A stretch of 63,894 nucleotides of DNA, the filler included, from Octopus bimaculoides (lineage: Eukaryota): NCBI RefSeq assembly GCF_001194135.2. It is 4 parts of 4 records of this genome, joined end to end, with 100 filler letters (N's around TTAATTAATTAA, not from the genome) between each part and the next. Parts side by side here need not be neighbours in the genome. Positions count along the whole stretch, not along the records: positions 1 to 27,891 come from NC_068999.1; 3 more parts are not named here. One strand, 5' to 3'. The notes under the pieces were generated by a model, which was given only the letters and a program-made list of their open reading frames with translations, had not been told where the DNA came from and did no database searches. Of the stretch, positions 13,624-25,800 are shown piece by piece; position 1 is the first letter of the stretch; every line of letters begins with the position of its first letter. Both the position numbers and the translations under genes were made by a program.

Positions 13624-13624
13624 G
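13565..13624. repeat. (GATA)n microsatellite abutting the LINE fragment
   Basis: Read directly from the sequence. Confidence 0.95.
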
Positions 13625-13707
13625 CATACACATAGAATGTGTGCTGCGGTTTTACGTTTGAAAACATTAAAATGCTCTACACACAAATGTTGAAGTCTGT
13701 AGCGTCC

Positions 13708-13754
<47 letters not shown>

Positions 13755-13928
13755 CTTAGTGTATCGGTTTAAATGTATGTGCATAAATGTGTGTGTGTGC
13801 GTTAGTGGGATATAGTGTATGTGTGAACAAGCGCAGATGTGTGTATGTGTGTGTGTGTGTGTGTGCGTGATATAGTGTATGTCTTTGAAATTGTGTATGC
13901 GCTTCTGTGTGCATGCATGAACAAATGC

Positions 13929-13988
<60 letters not shown>

Positions 13989-14419
13989 TTGGTTCTTAAT
14001 CGTCTTGCAGCAGACCTACTTATCAATCAAAGAGATAATTCTCTGTCGAATTTAAGCAAGAAATGGTTTTCTTCATCGCTGCCAAAACTTTGCATTAAAC
14101 ACTTCGTTCACAAACAGTAATTCCTCCTTCTCATCCTATCCACCTCCACCCCACCCCCCAGTACTCACCACTCCACTCCATCTACGGTAGTCCTCACCCC
14201 TACCCACTTACCTACCTACCTACCTACCACTACTCCCACCACACTCTTAAAACAACTGACCTTCAAGAGTTCAGATTAAACGTTAATCGCATTAACCAAC
14301 TCCCAGATGTTTATTGTCAGATCAAGAAAGGTTTAAGGGCGTAGAAGGGCCTTAAAAACTTTATGGAGGCAGCTCGTTGTCTTTAGAAAAGAATACTAAA
14401 ATAATCCTATCTATTAAAC

Positions 14420-14625
14420 GGTACAGGGTCTGAAATTTCAGGGGGAAGGGAATAAGTCGATTACATCGACCCCAGTGTATAACTGGTATTTATTTTATAA
14501 ACTCCGAAATGATGAAAGTCAAAGTCGACCTCGGTGGAATTTGGACTCAGAACTTAAAGACGGACGAAATTCCGTTAAGCATTTTGTTCGGCATGCTAAC
14601 GATTCTGCCAGCTCGCTGCCTTGTG
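14420..14625 (-). mobile_element. SINE family C
   Basis: GTCGACCTCGGTGGAATTTGGACTCAGAAC and CGACCCCAGTG core in reverse orientation. Confidence 0.85.
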
Positions 14626-15102
14626 GTTTACCAAAATAACCCCCACCTTTCTCTTTCACACCCAAGCAAAAAAAAAACGAAAAAAAGAAATATATTTAGA
14701 AGAAAAAAAAATAAGACTAAGTGTTAATGATAAACAATCAGATTGGGTTGACTAGGTGTTCAATTTATAAGATAACTACGATATTATAATCACACACTAT
14801 CACCGATGCCACGCTCTCGTCAGTTACGCTTACTGGTGAGATGCTAAAATACATGTTTATAAACAATATAACAATTAGTTACATGATATCGGCAACTGTC
14901 GTGGCCGTTACTAAATCCATAGATTACATCGGTTGGCTGAAATATCCAGAGCACTGGATAGAATACTCAAGTCTATTTTCGTTCTGAGTTCAAATCCCAC
15001 AGATATCTATTTTCTTTTCTGTGGTGCTGATAGAAATTTTAGAAAAGTCAATGAACACTGCGGTACCCGCTTACATATACATGGACTGGACTGTTGACAT
15101 GT

Positions 15103-15380
15103 CTTGGTCATAGACACAGTACAATGAACTATACCGCACTGTGGTACCTACTTACAGCTAGGTAGACTGCTGTAATATATTTGTTAGGTTGGTGAATCTC
15201 TTATTATGGTAAAGTGTTGCCATCATCTGAAGAATTATCTGAGATATTTGTTGTGAGTGAAGAACTAGGATATCTTCATGACAACTCTTTGGTATCTGTG
15301 TTTCTAAATGTCTGTCAGTCGCAGCATGATCATGAAAATGTCAGCATTGTAGCGACATCGGTATTACAACACGTGCATGC

Positions 15381-15443
<63 letters not shown>

Positions 15444-15755
15444 CACGCACGCACACGATTCAAGGCGAGCTCTTCAAAACTGGCTCGACCTACCAGAAAT
15501 ACCAACTAAAACCTTTTTAAATCACAATATTTTGATAAGGAAAAATACATTGAATAATATAGTCCCAGATACACTATGCCTGAAAAAATGCCTAATATAT
15601 CTATAACTAACAGACGGAACGGTCCAGTCTGTGTAGCATTATATAGGGAAGAGTTCATCTATCTATAAATAGGTACCACAATGTGGTATAGTCCACCTAA
15701 CCGTACGTAGGTACCACAGTATGGTACAGTCCATTGCATTGAGTCCATGACCAAG
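15103..15755. repeat. Inverted repeat pair 15103-15151 / 15707-15755
   Basis: 41 of 49 positions identical by manual alignment. Extra partial copies of the GGTACCACAGT..GGTA.AGTCCA unit at about 15057 and 15672. Confidence 0.85.
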
Positions 15756-15764
15756 ACCAAACTA

Positions 15765-15847
<83 letters not shown>

Positions 15848-16447
15848 TTACTACTACTACTACTACTACTACTACTACACAAACCACTAGTGTATTACTG
15901 CCACCGCTGTACACTACACTATACACCAATAACAGCACTACCACTATAGTCTACTACCGTTGCACACCATCCAGCCACCATCTCTACCCCAACTGCTATA
16001 CAAACCTGTAATCAGGGTGGCTGATGAGGGTGGAATTAGATCCATTTCTACAATACCGTGTTGTCGAAGAATTGTATGTGAGAGTTCGTTGTTTACCGGG
16101 TGGAAGGGAGAGGAGAGGGAAAAGAGAAAGGATAGAAGAAAGATAAGAGTGAGGCAGTTCAATTAATAATGAAAAAGAGATAGAAAAGGAAAGCAAACAG
16201 GCAGACAGACAGATAAATAGATAGATAGAAGGATTGGTGGTAAAGCGAGGGGTGTTAATGAGAAAGATAAATAAGTGTTAACAGAAAGGAATAAAGCAGC
16301 GAAGAACAGAGAAAGGTAGCAATAATAATAATAATAATAACAACAGCAAAAGCAGTAAGCAAACCAACAACAACAAAAAAAAAGCAACCACACTGTATTA
16401 GAAGAAGTAGAAATGAAATAGATAATGAAAGATAAGTAGAAAAAGAA

Positions 16448-16481
16448 ATTGGTTGGTGGCAGACGATCGCAAAATGGCGGC
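16448..16481 (+). promoter_or_regulatory. Putative Pol II promoter: inverted CCAAT box plus YY1 consensus
   Basis: ATTGG at 16448-52 and CAAAATGGCGGC at 16470-81 in a locally CpG-containing patch. Donor-like GTAAGT at 16634. Confidence 0.35.
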
Positions 16482-17339
16482 CTCTTCACAAAAATAGTTT
16501 TGCTATCTTCTCCGATTTCTTTAGTATTTTTACCTTTCTTTTCTGTCCAGAAAAAACAAACAATCATCGAAAAACGAAATCAAGAATTCGTGTAGTATTT
16601 AAGAAATCTCAACACTTAAGGTTGAGTAGAAGAGTAAGTTTACGAGAGTATTTCTGCAATTTGATTCTACACCATCGCCGCTCTAATCATTCGTTTGAAT
16701 ATAATATTCCTAGTAATTCAACAGTATATAACAACACTAACAATTCCATTACCATCACAGACAATAACTACACCATCAACAGACAACATCTATTCCTCTT
16801 TTTTGTGTTCTATGCCCTTTTCCTCGTACATCAAATCGTGTACTGAAATACTTTAACTAAGCCTTCCTTCCTAAGACGCTTTCTCCATTCCTCCTTTCTA
16901 CCTTCTGCAACAACATTCCTGACAATATTTTTAATTTCTTTTTTACCTTTCTTTCCCCAACCACTAACGAGGGAATTAATTACTTAAATTATCAACATTA
17001 AGGGGAGCCAATACCTTGGAAAAGAAGCGAGACGGCTGACTTGCTAAACTACTAGCTTAAAAAATCTTACGTTCGAATGGAGCTCACGTCAAGTTTTTTC
17101 CCTTTTTTTTTTACCTTAGCTAAGAGAAGGAAAAGACAGACCCTTTGCTGAGCCTCCGAGATTACTAGGGAAATAGGGAAAGATTCCCAGGTTGAAGTTT
17201 CTGAAGAAGGAAAGGCAACAGAATTAAGATATTCATCGAAGCGTTAAACGAATGCCATATTTGTCAAACTTTGTTCTTCCAGGATCGTCCTTTTTAATGT
17301 TAGATGTCTTTACACTCGCACGCGCTATCAGGTATATAT

Positions 17340-17500
17340 AGGAGTGGCTGTGAAGTAAGAGGTTTCCTTCCAAACCACGTGATTCCGGGTTCAGTCCCAC
17401 CGTGTCGCACCTTACTCAAGTATCTTCTACTGTAACCCCAGGCCAACCAAAGCCTTGTGAGTAGATTTAGTAGACGAAAACTGAAAGAAGCCCGTTGTAC
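17340..17500 (+). mobile_element. SINE family A, 5' part
   Basis: TAGGAGTGGCTGTG..CCGGGTTCAGTCCCAC..AAACTGAAAGAAGCCCG head with A-box and B-box-like motifs. Confidence 0.85.
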
Positions 17501-17513
17501 ACACACACGCACG

Positions 17514-17545
<32 letters not shown>

Positions 17546-19742
17546 GTTCCATGTGTATGTGCGTGCGTGTGCGTGTGTGTGTGTGTATGTGTGTGGGTGT
17601 GTGTGTAGCCGTTACGAACGTTGGTTGACCTCTTAAGTCACGCTTGATCTCTTATAGAGAAGGATGGAGAAAGAATAATAGTGAGACAAAAAGAAAACAT
17701 AATATAATAGATGCAGGGCGAATACACATACTAGGCCTGGTGACAGGCAATAGGTAAAGGAATGTTTTACACACACACACACACTATATATATATATACC
17801 TTCCCAAGATACAACAAAATGCCAAATTAACACTACCGTAAAGAAAGAATGAGAGAGAGACTATACGATGGATTTAAGGGAAGACAGGACATCCCAGCAA
17901 CAGCAGCAGAGAAAATTCTGAAACGAGGGAGGGAAAACAGCAAAAGGATCTGAGAAGTAGGAGTTTGTTTTAGAGAGAGAGATGGGGGGGATGTGTGTGT
18001 GTGTATGTGTGCAAGAGATGTATATGTGTATGAAGAAGAATGTAAGTGGTGTGTATGTGTGTCAGGAAAAGATAAAGAATTTATGGGGAGTAAGAGAGAC
18101 TATGTATGAGAGAGAGAGAGAGAGAGAGAAGGATAGAGACAGAGAGAAAGAAAGAGAGAGAGAGCGCGCGTGTATGTGTGTGTGTGTGTGAACGAGAGAA
18201 ATAGGAAAAGTTTGAGAGAGAAAGAGAGAGAGACTGTGTATGAGAAGGAGGGAGACTGTAAGAGAGGAGGGAGAGACTGCGTGCCATTGAACCTAATACT
18301 TCATAAAACAATTATAAATACGAAACAACTTCAAACATTTTGCTCGACTCTCAAACTGACTGAAGCAGACGATAACTGGGTTTCATGTATAAATTTCTTT
18401 GTGTTCTAAAACTACTTTCATGTGAGTAAAAGCCTGCTTAAGTAGAACAGACACATGTAATGGACAAAGGGTTGAGTTGGCAATCAGCCTCAGAGAATTT
18501 CATATCAACTTGAAGTGCTTTATCAATCATGGAACTTTTCAGTCGATGTTAAACCGTTCACATCTGCTGGCAGCCAATTGTAATTGCTTCTATATGTAAC
18601 TGTTCCAATTGTAGATACTATTGTATTATGGAAAATATAATTATAGCTAACTATAAACTCGGTGAACTCAAGAGCAGACGTTAACGTATCTAGACTTTGT
18701 GGGCTACATTTGTCCGATATCTCAGAATGTTCATGACATGCAGTGAATTAAAGAGAGACGAGCAGAAATAGCTGGACAAACTGAGCGGGAGGCTAACGTT
18801 AGGGAGACAGAGCTTATGAAAATACAGAGCGATGGCTCTGGCTCCACCATGATCGAAATTCACATGGTGAAACGAAACACGGAGTCTACGACTAAAGGTA
18901 CAGAGAAGAATGTTCAAGTGAAACTTGATTATAAGCCAGTGAAGCCTTCAACAAAAATCTGTCTGAAAGATAAAGGCTCTTTCCAGACATTAACCCTTTA
19001 CGCTTGTCATTATTGCGCTGGTATCTGGAACAGAAATTAACAAAATTCTAACAAAAGATTTTAATTTAAATCATTTTAAAAACAGGAAGCTTATATCATA
19101 GAACCAGGGGTGGTTTCAGGCAGGGTGTAACCAAAAGAGCTGTAATGGAGCCGAGTTATGGCCATTCAACACAAATATCCTCAGAAAACTTTAAACATTC
19201 GCGAAAAGGCTTCAGGAACAACAACTTAAACCCAAAAATCTTTACTCGTCTCACTTTGAATGTGAAATTTGTTTTTCCAGTGGTTTTTGATGTATTTTGA
19301 ACGAATTGCATTGTTTTGCAATGAGGACAGATGATTGCTCTCGGTAGATCACCAGGAGAACGTAAAATGTGAAGGCTTTCGCTGTTAATCTCATAGAAAA
19401 CAGTATTACAGCAGAAGACACGAGACCATTCCAGTACTCCAAATTATGAAAACAGCATTTCTTGTGCGACGGTGTTTGTCTACTATTTCTACTAGGTGGA
19501 GGTACTGTGTATGGACGGTCACTTGCGGGAAAGGGTTTACCAAAAGAACGAATGACTTTCGACGATTTTTATCGTCAGGTTTCTTCAAAACTTCAAAAAC
19601 CACGGGCAATTTATTTTCTCTAAGGTCAATTTTTTTCAGCAAGCGTTCGTTCAGGAAACAATAGTTTGAAATGTGAGGATGTAAGTGTGGGTGTATTAAT
19701 TTAATTATTTACAATCAGGTGATATGCAAATATTTACGTCGT

Positions 19743-19789
<47 letters not shown>

Positions 19790-19967
19790 GAATAAACAAC
19801 GCCGGTAAAACGGTGGGTTTACTTATCGGAAGATTGTAGTTCCGTGTCCTTGACAAAATGTTCTTGAGCAAGATACTTAATTCTCAGTTGCACCAAAGGC
19901 AGGGATACAGTTAGTTGATTGACACACCTTGACTGTTGTGTTGTTAATTATTTTAACAACTCAAGTG

Positions 19968-20330
19968 TCGAGCTGGCAGAATCGTTAGCGCGCCGGACAA
20001 AATTTCGTCCGTCTTTTTCGTTTTGAGTTCAAATTCCTCCGAGGTCGACTTTACCTTTCATCCTTTCGGGGTCGATAAATTGAATACCAGTTCTATACTG
20101 AGGTCAACGTAATTGATTTATCCTTCCCCAAAACTTCCTGGCCTTGTGCTAAAATTTGAAACCGGTAGCAATACAAACTCAGGGGACGAGTTGGCAGAAT
20201 TGTTAGCGCGTCAGCCAAAATGCATAACAGCGTTTCTTCTAACTCATAATGTCTGAGTTCAAATTCCACCGAGGTCAACTTTACCTTTCATTCTTTAGGG
20301 AGTTGATGAAGTAAGTACCCGTCGATATAT
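19968..20330 (+). mobile_element. Two tandem SINE family C copies
   Basis: GAGCTGGCAGAATCGTTAGC heads at about 19968 and 20187, each followed by GAGTTCAAATTCC and the core. Confidence 0.85.
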
Positions 20331-22069
20331 GTGTGTGTGGGCGATGAGATTCCTCGCAGTTTCCGTCTACCAAATTCACTGAAAGGCATTGATCATCCTG
20401 GGACTACGTACAGTAGAAGATACTTGGCCAAAGAGCCAAACGGTGAGACTGAAACCGAAACCACGAGATTACAAAGCGAGTCTTTGACATGTTTTGCCTG
20501 AATAAAAGACAGGGTAGTCATGGTTGAAACGTCTCTAATAATATGTTTTCTTCGTTAGGACTGACCTAAACATTAATAAGAAAGAAGACTACATCGAATG
20601 GTGTAATCCAAGATACACTGTGCGTAATTGTCACGGTTGGAATATTTTTGATTGTAGGACTGGTTGCTTAGGACTGACCTAGGGCTAAACACCACCACCA
20701 CTACCACCATTACCATACCCACCAGCACAACTACTTTTACCACCACCTCCACCGCCGCCACGAGGAAAACATGTAATATGTTAAACAGGGAGTAAATGAT
20801 ATTAATACAAGGAATGTAGAACAAGCAGATCCCCAAAACCCAGTCTTCGTTAATGTGAGAGAACTAATGGATAACGATACAAACACGGTTTATAAACAAT
20901 GTATCCTTTTAAAACAGTCCATTCCTGGAAAACCCGAGAAGATTGAATCAAATATGTCAAGTAGAGGCTTCCATACTTTTTACAGCCTCTTTCACTGACA
21001 TACGATGGTCGGTGTAAGCGGAAAACTTGTACCTAAAAAATTTATGACTGATTAATAAGAGAATGATTATAAAGAAGATAATACTAAATATCTGCATTTC
21101 TTAACAAAAATATAAAAAGATCATTTAATAAAAATATTTGCGTAAATATTGAAGGAAGGTCGAACGAGTTAGTAAACTAACCATGGCTGTATGTGTGTCT
21201 GTGCGTGTATCGCTGTTAATAGTTTAATGACATGGGGAGGGGGGGGGTTGCTTCTGGCAAGGGAGTTAACTTTCTATAAGGTACATAACTCAAGGTATAT
21301 TCAAACATTTGCTAAATTAATATCGTTCATTTGAGAGTACCGGCCGAAGTGGGGTCGATTTCGTTTAAGAAAATCCGTTGGAAGTAATGGAGCTACAACA
21401 TGGCCGATGTCCACAGTAGAAGAGCTGAAAGTAGGCACCACGGCGTAGTATAGTTCACGGTAATGCGTCAATGACCAGTTTTGGACTAATATGGTGCTTA
21501 TATAATATAGAAAAAGGCGAGATAATCACAGAAGGAGCATCTTCAGTAATAGGTGTGTTCCTTGAAGGCTAACCTGAAACTAATTCACAACTAATGCGGC
21601 GGCGGCTAAGCGGTCAGAAAATAGGGTTCCTTTCGGTTTTCGCGTGTCTCTGTAAGTTACTGCCTCAATTCCCTATTGTAGGGTGTACCTATAGGTCGCT
21701 GTCACGCCCGAAAAAGAAAACAAAAACGAAAAGGCTAACCACTGAGCTGGCCCTTTTCGAAATGCGAGAAATGACCGTCAGTTATTCTCCGAATTACATT
21801 CTACTGTCACAAATAGAAACAAGGGTTATAAAATGTAGTACTGGAGGTACTGTCAAATAAATAAATGCCAACACAAGTGCCTCTATCTTCTATCCGACTT
21901 TGTTTCCTCATAACTTTCAGAAAATACCCATTTTTCTTAAGGTTTTGAAGAAACAAATTCGACTCGTGTGAATTATCTAAAACTCCTCACCGGACAAATA
22001 TATTCACATTAAAATCCTTATCCACACCATCTGAAAAGTAATTTTTCTTTTCTTTTTTCATTTATTTAT

Positions 22070-22453
22070 TTGTTTTAGATATTAGACAGTGGCCATGCTG
22101 GAGCACTGCACGGTGGAATTTAAGTCGAACGAACCGATCCCAATACTTTTTCTTTTTTAAGACCGATACTTATTCTATCAGTTTTTTTTTTTTGCCAAGC
22201 AGCAAGGTTATGCGGACGTGAACACACCAACACCGATTCTCAAGCGGTGGTGAGAGACCGCCGCGGACACACATACTCTAAGATATACACATGTACACGA
22301 TGGGCTTCTTTCAGTTTCGTCCACAAAATCCACTCATAAGGCTTTGTTCGGCCCGAAGCTATAATAGGAGACACTTGCCCAAGGTGCCATGCAGTGGGAC
22401 TGAACCCGGAATCATGTGATTGGGAAACGAGCTTCTTACCACAAAGCCACAGC
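22070..22453 (-). mobile_element. SINE family A, near full length, just upstream of NDUFA11
   Basis: Reverse complement of head, body and tail. Confidence 0.85.
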
Positions 22454-22732
22454 TAAACCCTGTTTCATGGAAATTTCATTTTAAAATATCCATCTCTCTG
22501 AAACCTATGAAGATAGAAAGTCGGAGTGTAGGTCATGGCTAGACCGTCATAGATCATAAAGTGTTGCTTTTCGCTTCTATGAGTTTTAAATAAGGGAAGT
22601 AACTAAAGTTAACCTTTCTTAGGAAGGGAGATAATCGCCACTAACTTACTGGTGCATTGTGGTTAAAGTGAGAGAAGGTCATCGGTATACGTCCTTTCCG
22701 AAGCGGGTATCGAACCCGTTGAACTCCTCAAG

Positions 22733-22862
22733 ATGCCGTTTGAATCGGGCGAAGACCGGATTGTATTCAAGAGAAGCCTTGCGCCAGACCTCTTCTCCAC
22801 ACCTGACGGAGATGATATACTGAAGAAGAGCCTGCATAGCAGTGCCTTTGGTGCTTACGTTG
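22733..22862 (+). CDS. NDUFA11: NADH dehydrogenase (ubiquinone) 1 alpha subcomplex subunit 11, coding exon 1
   Basis: ATG at 22733 is the first in frame after TAA at 22664. Encodes MPFESGEDRIVFKRSLAPDLFSTPDGDDILKKSLHSSAFGAYV; TPDGDD..KK matches the NDUFA11 N-terminal PDGxDCxxK-type motif. Phase-1 donor GTGAGT at 22863. Confidence 0.85.
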
Positions 22863-24142
22863 GTGAGTGTCTGACCGGGGTTATCGTTGTTGTTGAAATG
22901 TGACTTTGTTTTAACCGAATCATTTTACATACATACATGTATATGTGTACATACATATATATATATATATACACACACACACGCAATTATATATTAGCTG
23001 GGTTTATATAGGTATTTATGGGTGTGTATTTATGTATGTGTATGGGAGAGAGAATTAAACGACAGGTGAGGCTTCGAAGTCAGTTTTTCCTTTGTAGATA
23101 TTAATTTGAAATTTGACTTAAATGTGTGTCCAGTTTAACGCCTATGCATAAAAAAAATGCATTCACATCACAACTTCTTGCCACCGTTCCCGTATAAAAA
23201 TGTTTTAACTTATGTACATTATTTATAGACATGATTTGAAAACTTCTCACAGATAACACGCACGCATGTATATGAAATTAAATTGAGGGACCATGACGGA
23301 GTTGTTTAACCCTAAATTAATTATTTTCGTTGGTAGTCGATGAAATGTGCGTTTAGTGGAACACATCCATTAATTCTAATACAGCAAATTTGTACGTATT
23401 AAAAGACTATACTGTTTATTCTGCCATGCACTGGTTTATTATATGGAGTTCCGACGAAGTGGTCTGGAAATGCATTTTGTCTATCGTTCAGTTGGTTCTT
23501 GTAAATCACAGGGTTCCTGGTGGTGGCCACGGTGAAGGTTAGCAGGGATAAATTAGATCAGTTACTGTTCTGCACATATTACTGATGGCTATAATGTATG
23601 TCCAAACAAATTGTGGTGATTTATTAAAGTTATTGATCCTATGCCATGTATTTCAATTGCTAATTTCTCGTCTTTGGCCGCAGATGGTATAGACGATTGT
23701 AGCAGCAGCCAAACTGGATGGGGTTCCCCAGACCAAGATTTGTAAAAGTGTAATTTGTTGATAATGACATTTCTGCTCTTTTCAGGGTTTCAGAATTTCA
23801 CTGTGACCCTGGCTAACTTATTGAGCAAAGGGCAATCTGTGATTTTGTTCAGGACAGCTCATTGACTTTTCTCAGCTTAACCTGTATGTCTACAGGTCAT
23901 TCCCTTATCTGCAAACTGGGGACCTGATAGATGGGAGTTGTCATCACCATGCCACTGTCCAAGCAAGCTCGAATAGATGATGATGATGATGATGATTAAT
24001 CCTATAATTATTTCTGGGTGTGTGTAGGTGTCATGTTTATTTGAACTGGATGAGAGAGAGAGAGGCAGGCATAGTATTGAAGAAGTGTTTTGGTGTATTG
24101 TACATGTTTCTGGGCTGAGTGATGAAGTTTGTGCTCTTTGGA

Positions 24143-24315
24143 TGGCCATCATCATCTAACGTCTACTTTCCATGCTGGCATGGATTGGACGGTTTGACAA
24201 GGAGCTGGCCAGGCTCCAATTGTATGTTTTCACATGGTTTCCACAGCTGGATATCCTTCCTAATACCAACCACTTTACAGAGTGTACTGGGTGCCTTTTA
24301 CATGGCACCCACACA
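24143..24315 (-). mobile_element. SINE family D 3' part (GAT-repeat tail); further partial copies at about 25150-25400 and 26665-26765
   Basis: Reverse complement of CCATGCCAGCATGGAAA..GACGTTA..GATGATGATG, as in the copy at 46436-46780. Confidence 0.75.
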
Positions 24316-25399
24316 TAAAAATGGTTTTGTGGATGTGTCTGAACTGAGTACAGTAGAGTTGTAGTAGTGCACTGTTTAAAGGAGGTGATACGTCTGGACT
24401 GAATGAGGGAGTTGGTGTTTTGTTAGTATTCCAAGGCTATTGTAGGGGGGACGCCCAAAGCCAGGCAAGATCGCGGTTGCTATGGCATTGAGGCAGATCT
24501 GGCCACCCCCGTTGACGGGGACAAAACCTGAATTTAAAACACTGGATGATGATGATGTTGTAGATGCACCTGAAGAGAGTGGAACAAATTGTGTTGTTAC
24601 GATGGCGCTGTTGTGGTGTTCTTGGTGTTTTGAAGATCTGTCTGGTCTTTGTGACAAAGGTTGTGTTGTAGCATTTTGGGATATTGAAGATGTGTCTGGA
24701 CAGAGTGGAGGAGAGAGAGGGCTGTTAGTACGGCATTGTAGTAACATTCTAATGTAATCGAACATGTGACATGGAATGTGTAGAGTGAGCAACAGTTGTG
24801 GCAACAGTAAATTGTGCTGCATCTCTATTGAGTGGGGAGGTGGGCCACATCCGATGATGTGAAGTCTAAATTGTTTTGTGTTTGTTTATAGTTTCTTGTG
24901 GTGGAGAGATTATGCAGAACCTGGAAAACACTGACATAATCCAAGGTAGTTGTTTGACTCTAAATAGATGCTAAAGACTATGTTGTGATTGTTAGGAGAG
25001 ATGAGAAAGCATTCTTGCTGATTGTTGTTGTTTAACCCTAGGTCACTGTTTTCCAGCATCAGACCTATGATCAGACATGCTACATCCATGACCTTCCAGT
25101 TTTTATTTAATCTGTGTCAGATCCCAGCTTTTAGAATAAGCACACTGTGTCCATGTTTGTTGTAAGAAGTGATTAAAAGGGGCTGGCATCTGGAAGGACA
25201 TTCTCTCTTAGAACGCGGCCCACCCACCATAAACTCCCTTCCAATTCTTGCCCGAAGGGAAAAGTTGATATAAAAATTATTATAACAATAAATATATGTA
25301 TCCTCCTCATTGTTTTAAATGTCCACTTTTCCCTGATAAATGGGACAGAGTGTGTTGAGGCAGATTTTCTATGGGTGTACACCCATCCAGTTGCTAATG

Positions 25400-25650
25400 C
25401 TCACTTGTTTCTGTGCAGGACATAGACATAGTAACACCAATTGTCAAGCAGTGGTGGGGGGCAAACACTGACACACATACTCTAAGATATATACGATGAG
25501 CTTCCTTCAGTTTCCATCTACCAAATCCACTTGCAAGGATTTGAGCAGCCTGAAACTATAGTAGAAGACACTAGTCCAAGGTGCCATGCAGTGGGACTGA
25601 ACCCAGAACCATATGGTTGGGAAGCAAGCTTCTTACCACAGCCATGCCTG
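25400..25650 (-). mobile_element. SINE family A immediately upstream of the exon 2 acceptor
   Basis: Reverse-complement head ends about 25650, roughly 50 nt before the AG at 25703. Confidence 0.8.
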
Positions 25651-25704
25651 CGCCTTTTTATCTATTTTATTTTTATTCCTTCTTATTTCTTTCTTTTTTT
25701 GCAG

Positions 25705-25800
25705 GTACGGCCGCTGGAGTGTTGGATTCCCTGAGGACGTTGACTCACTTTACACCAACTAATATTGGGTTGAAGGTTGTTGGCTTTGCTGTTCCATTGG
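25705..25800 (+). CDS. NDUFA11: NDUFA11 coding exon 2
   Basis: Polypyrimidine tract plus CAG acceptor (AG 25703-04), 96 nt, phase 1-1, donor GTGAGT at 25801. Encodes (G)TAAGVLDSLRTLTHFTPTNIGLKVVGFAVPL, in frame with exon 1. Confidence 0.85.

Noticed and set aside
24376-24822. 148-aa minus ORF and overlapping 91-aa plus ORF in NDUFA11 intron 1
   Set aside because: Low-complexity Ser/Thr/Pro content, no recognisable domain and flanking SINE fragments. It is probably a retroelement-derived remnant but cannot be assigned.
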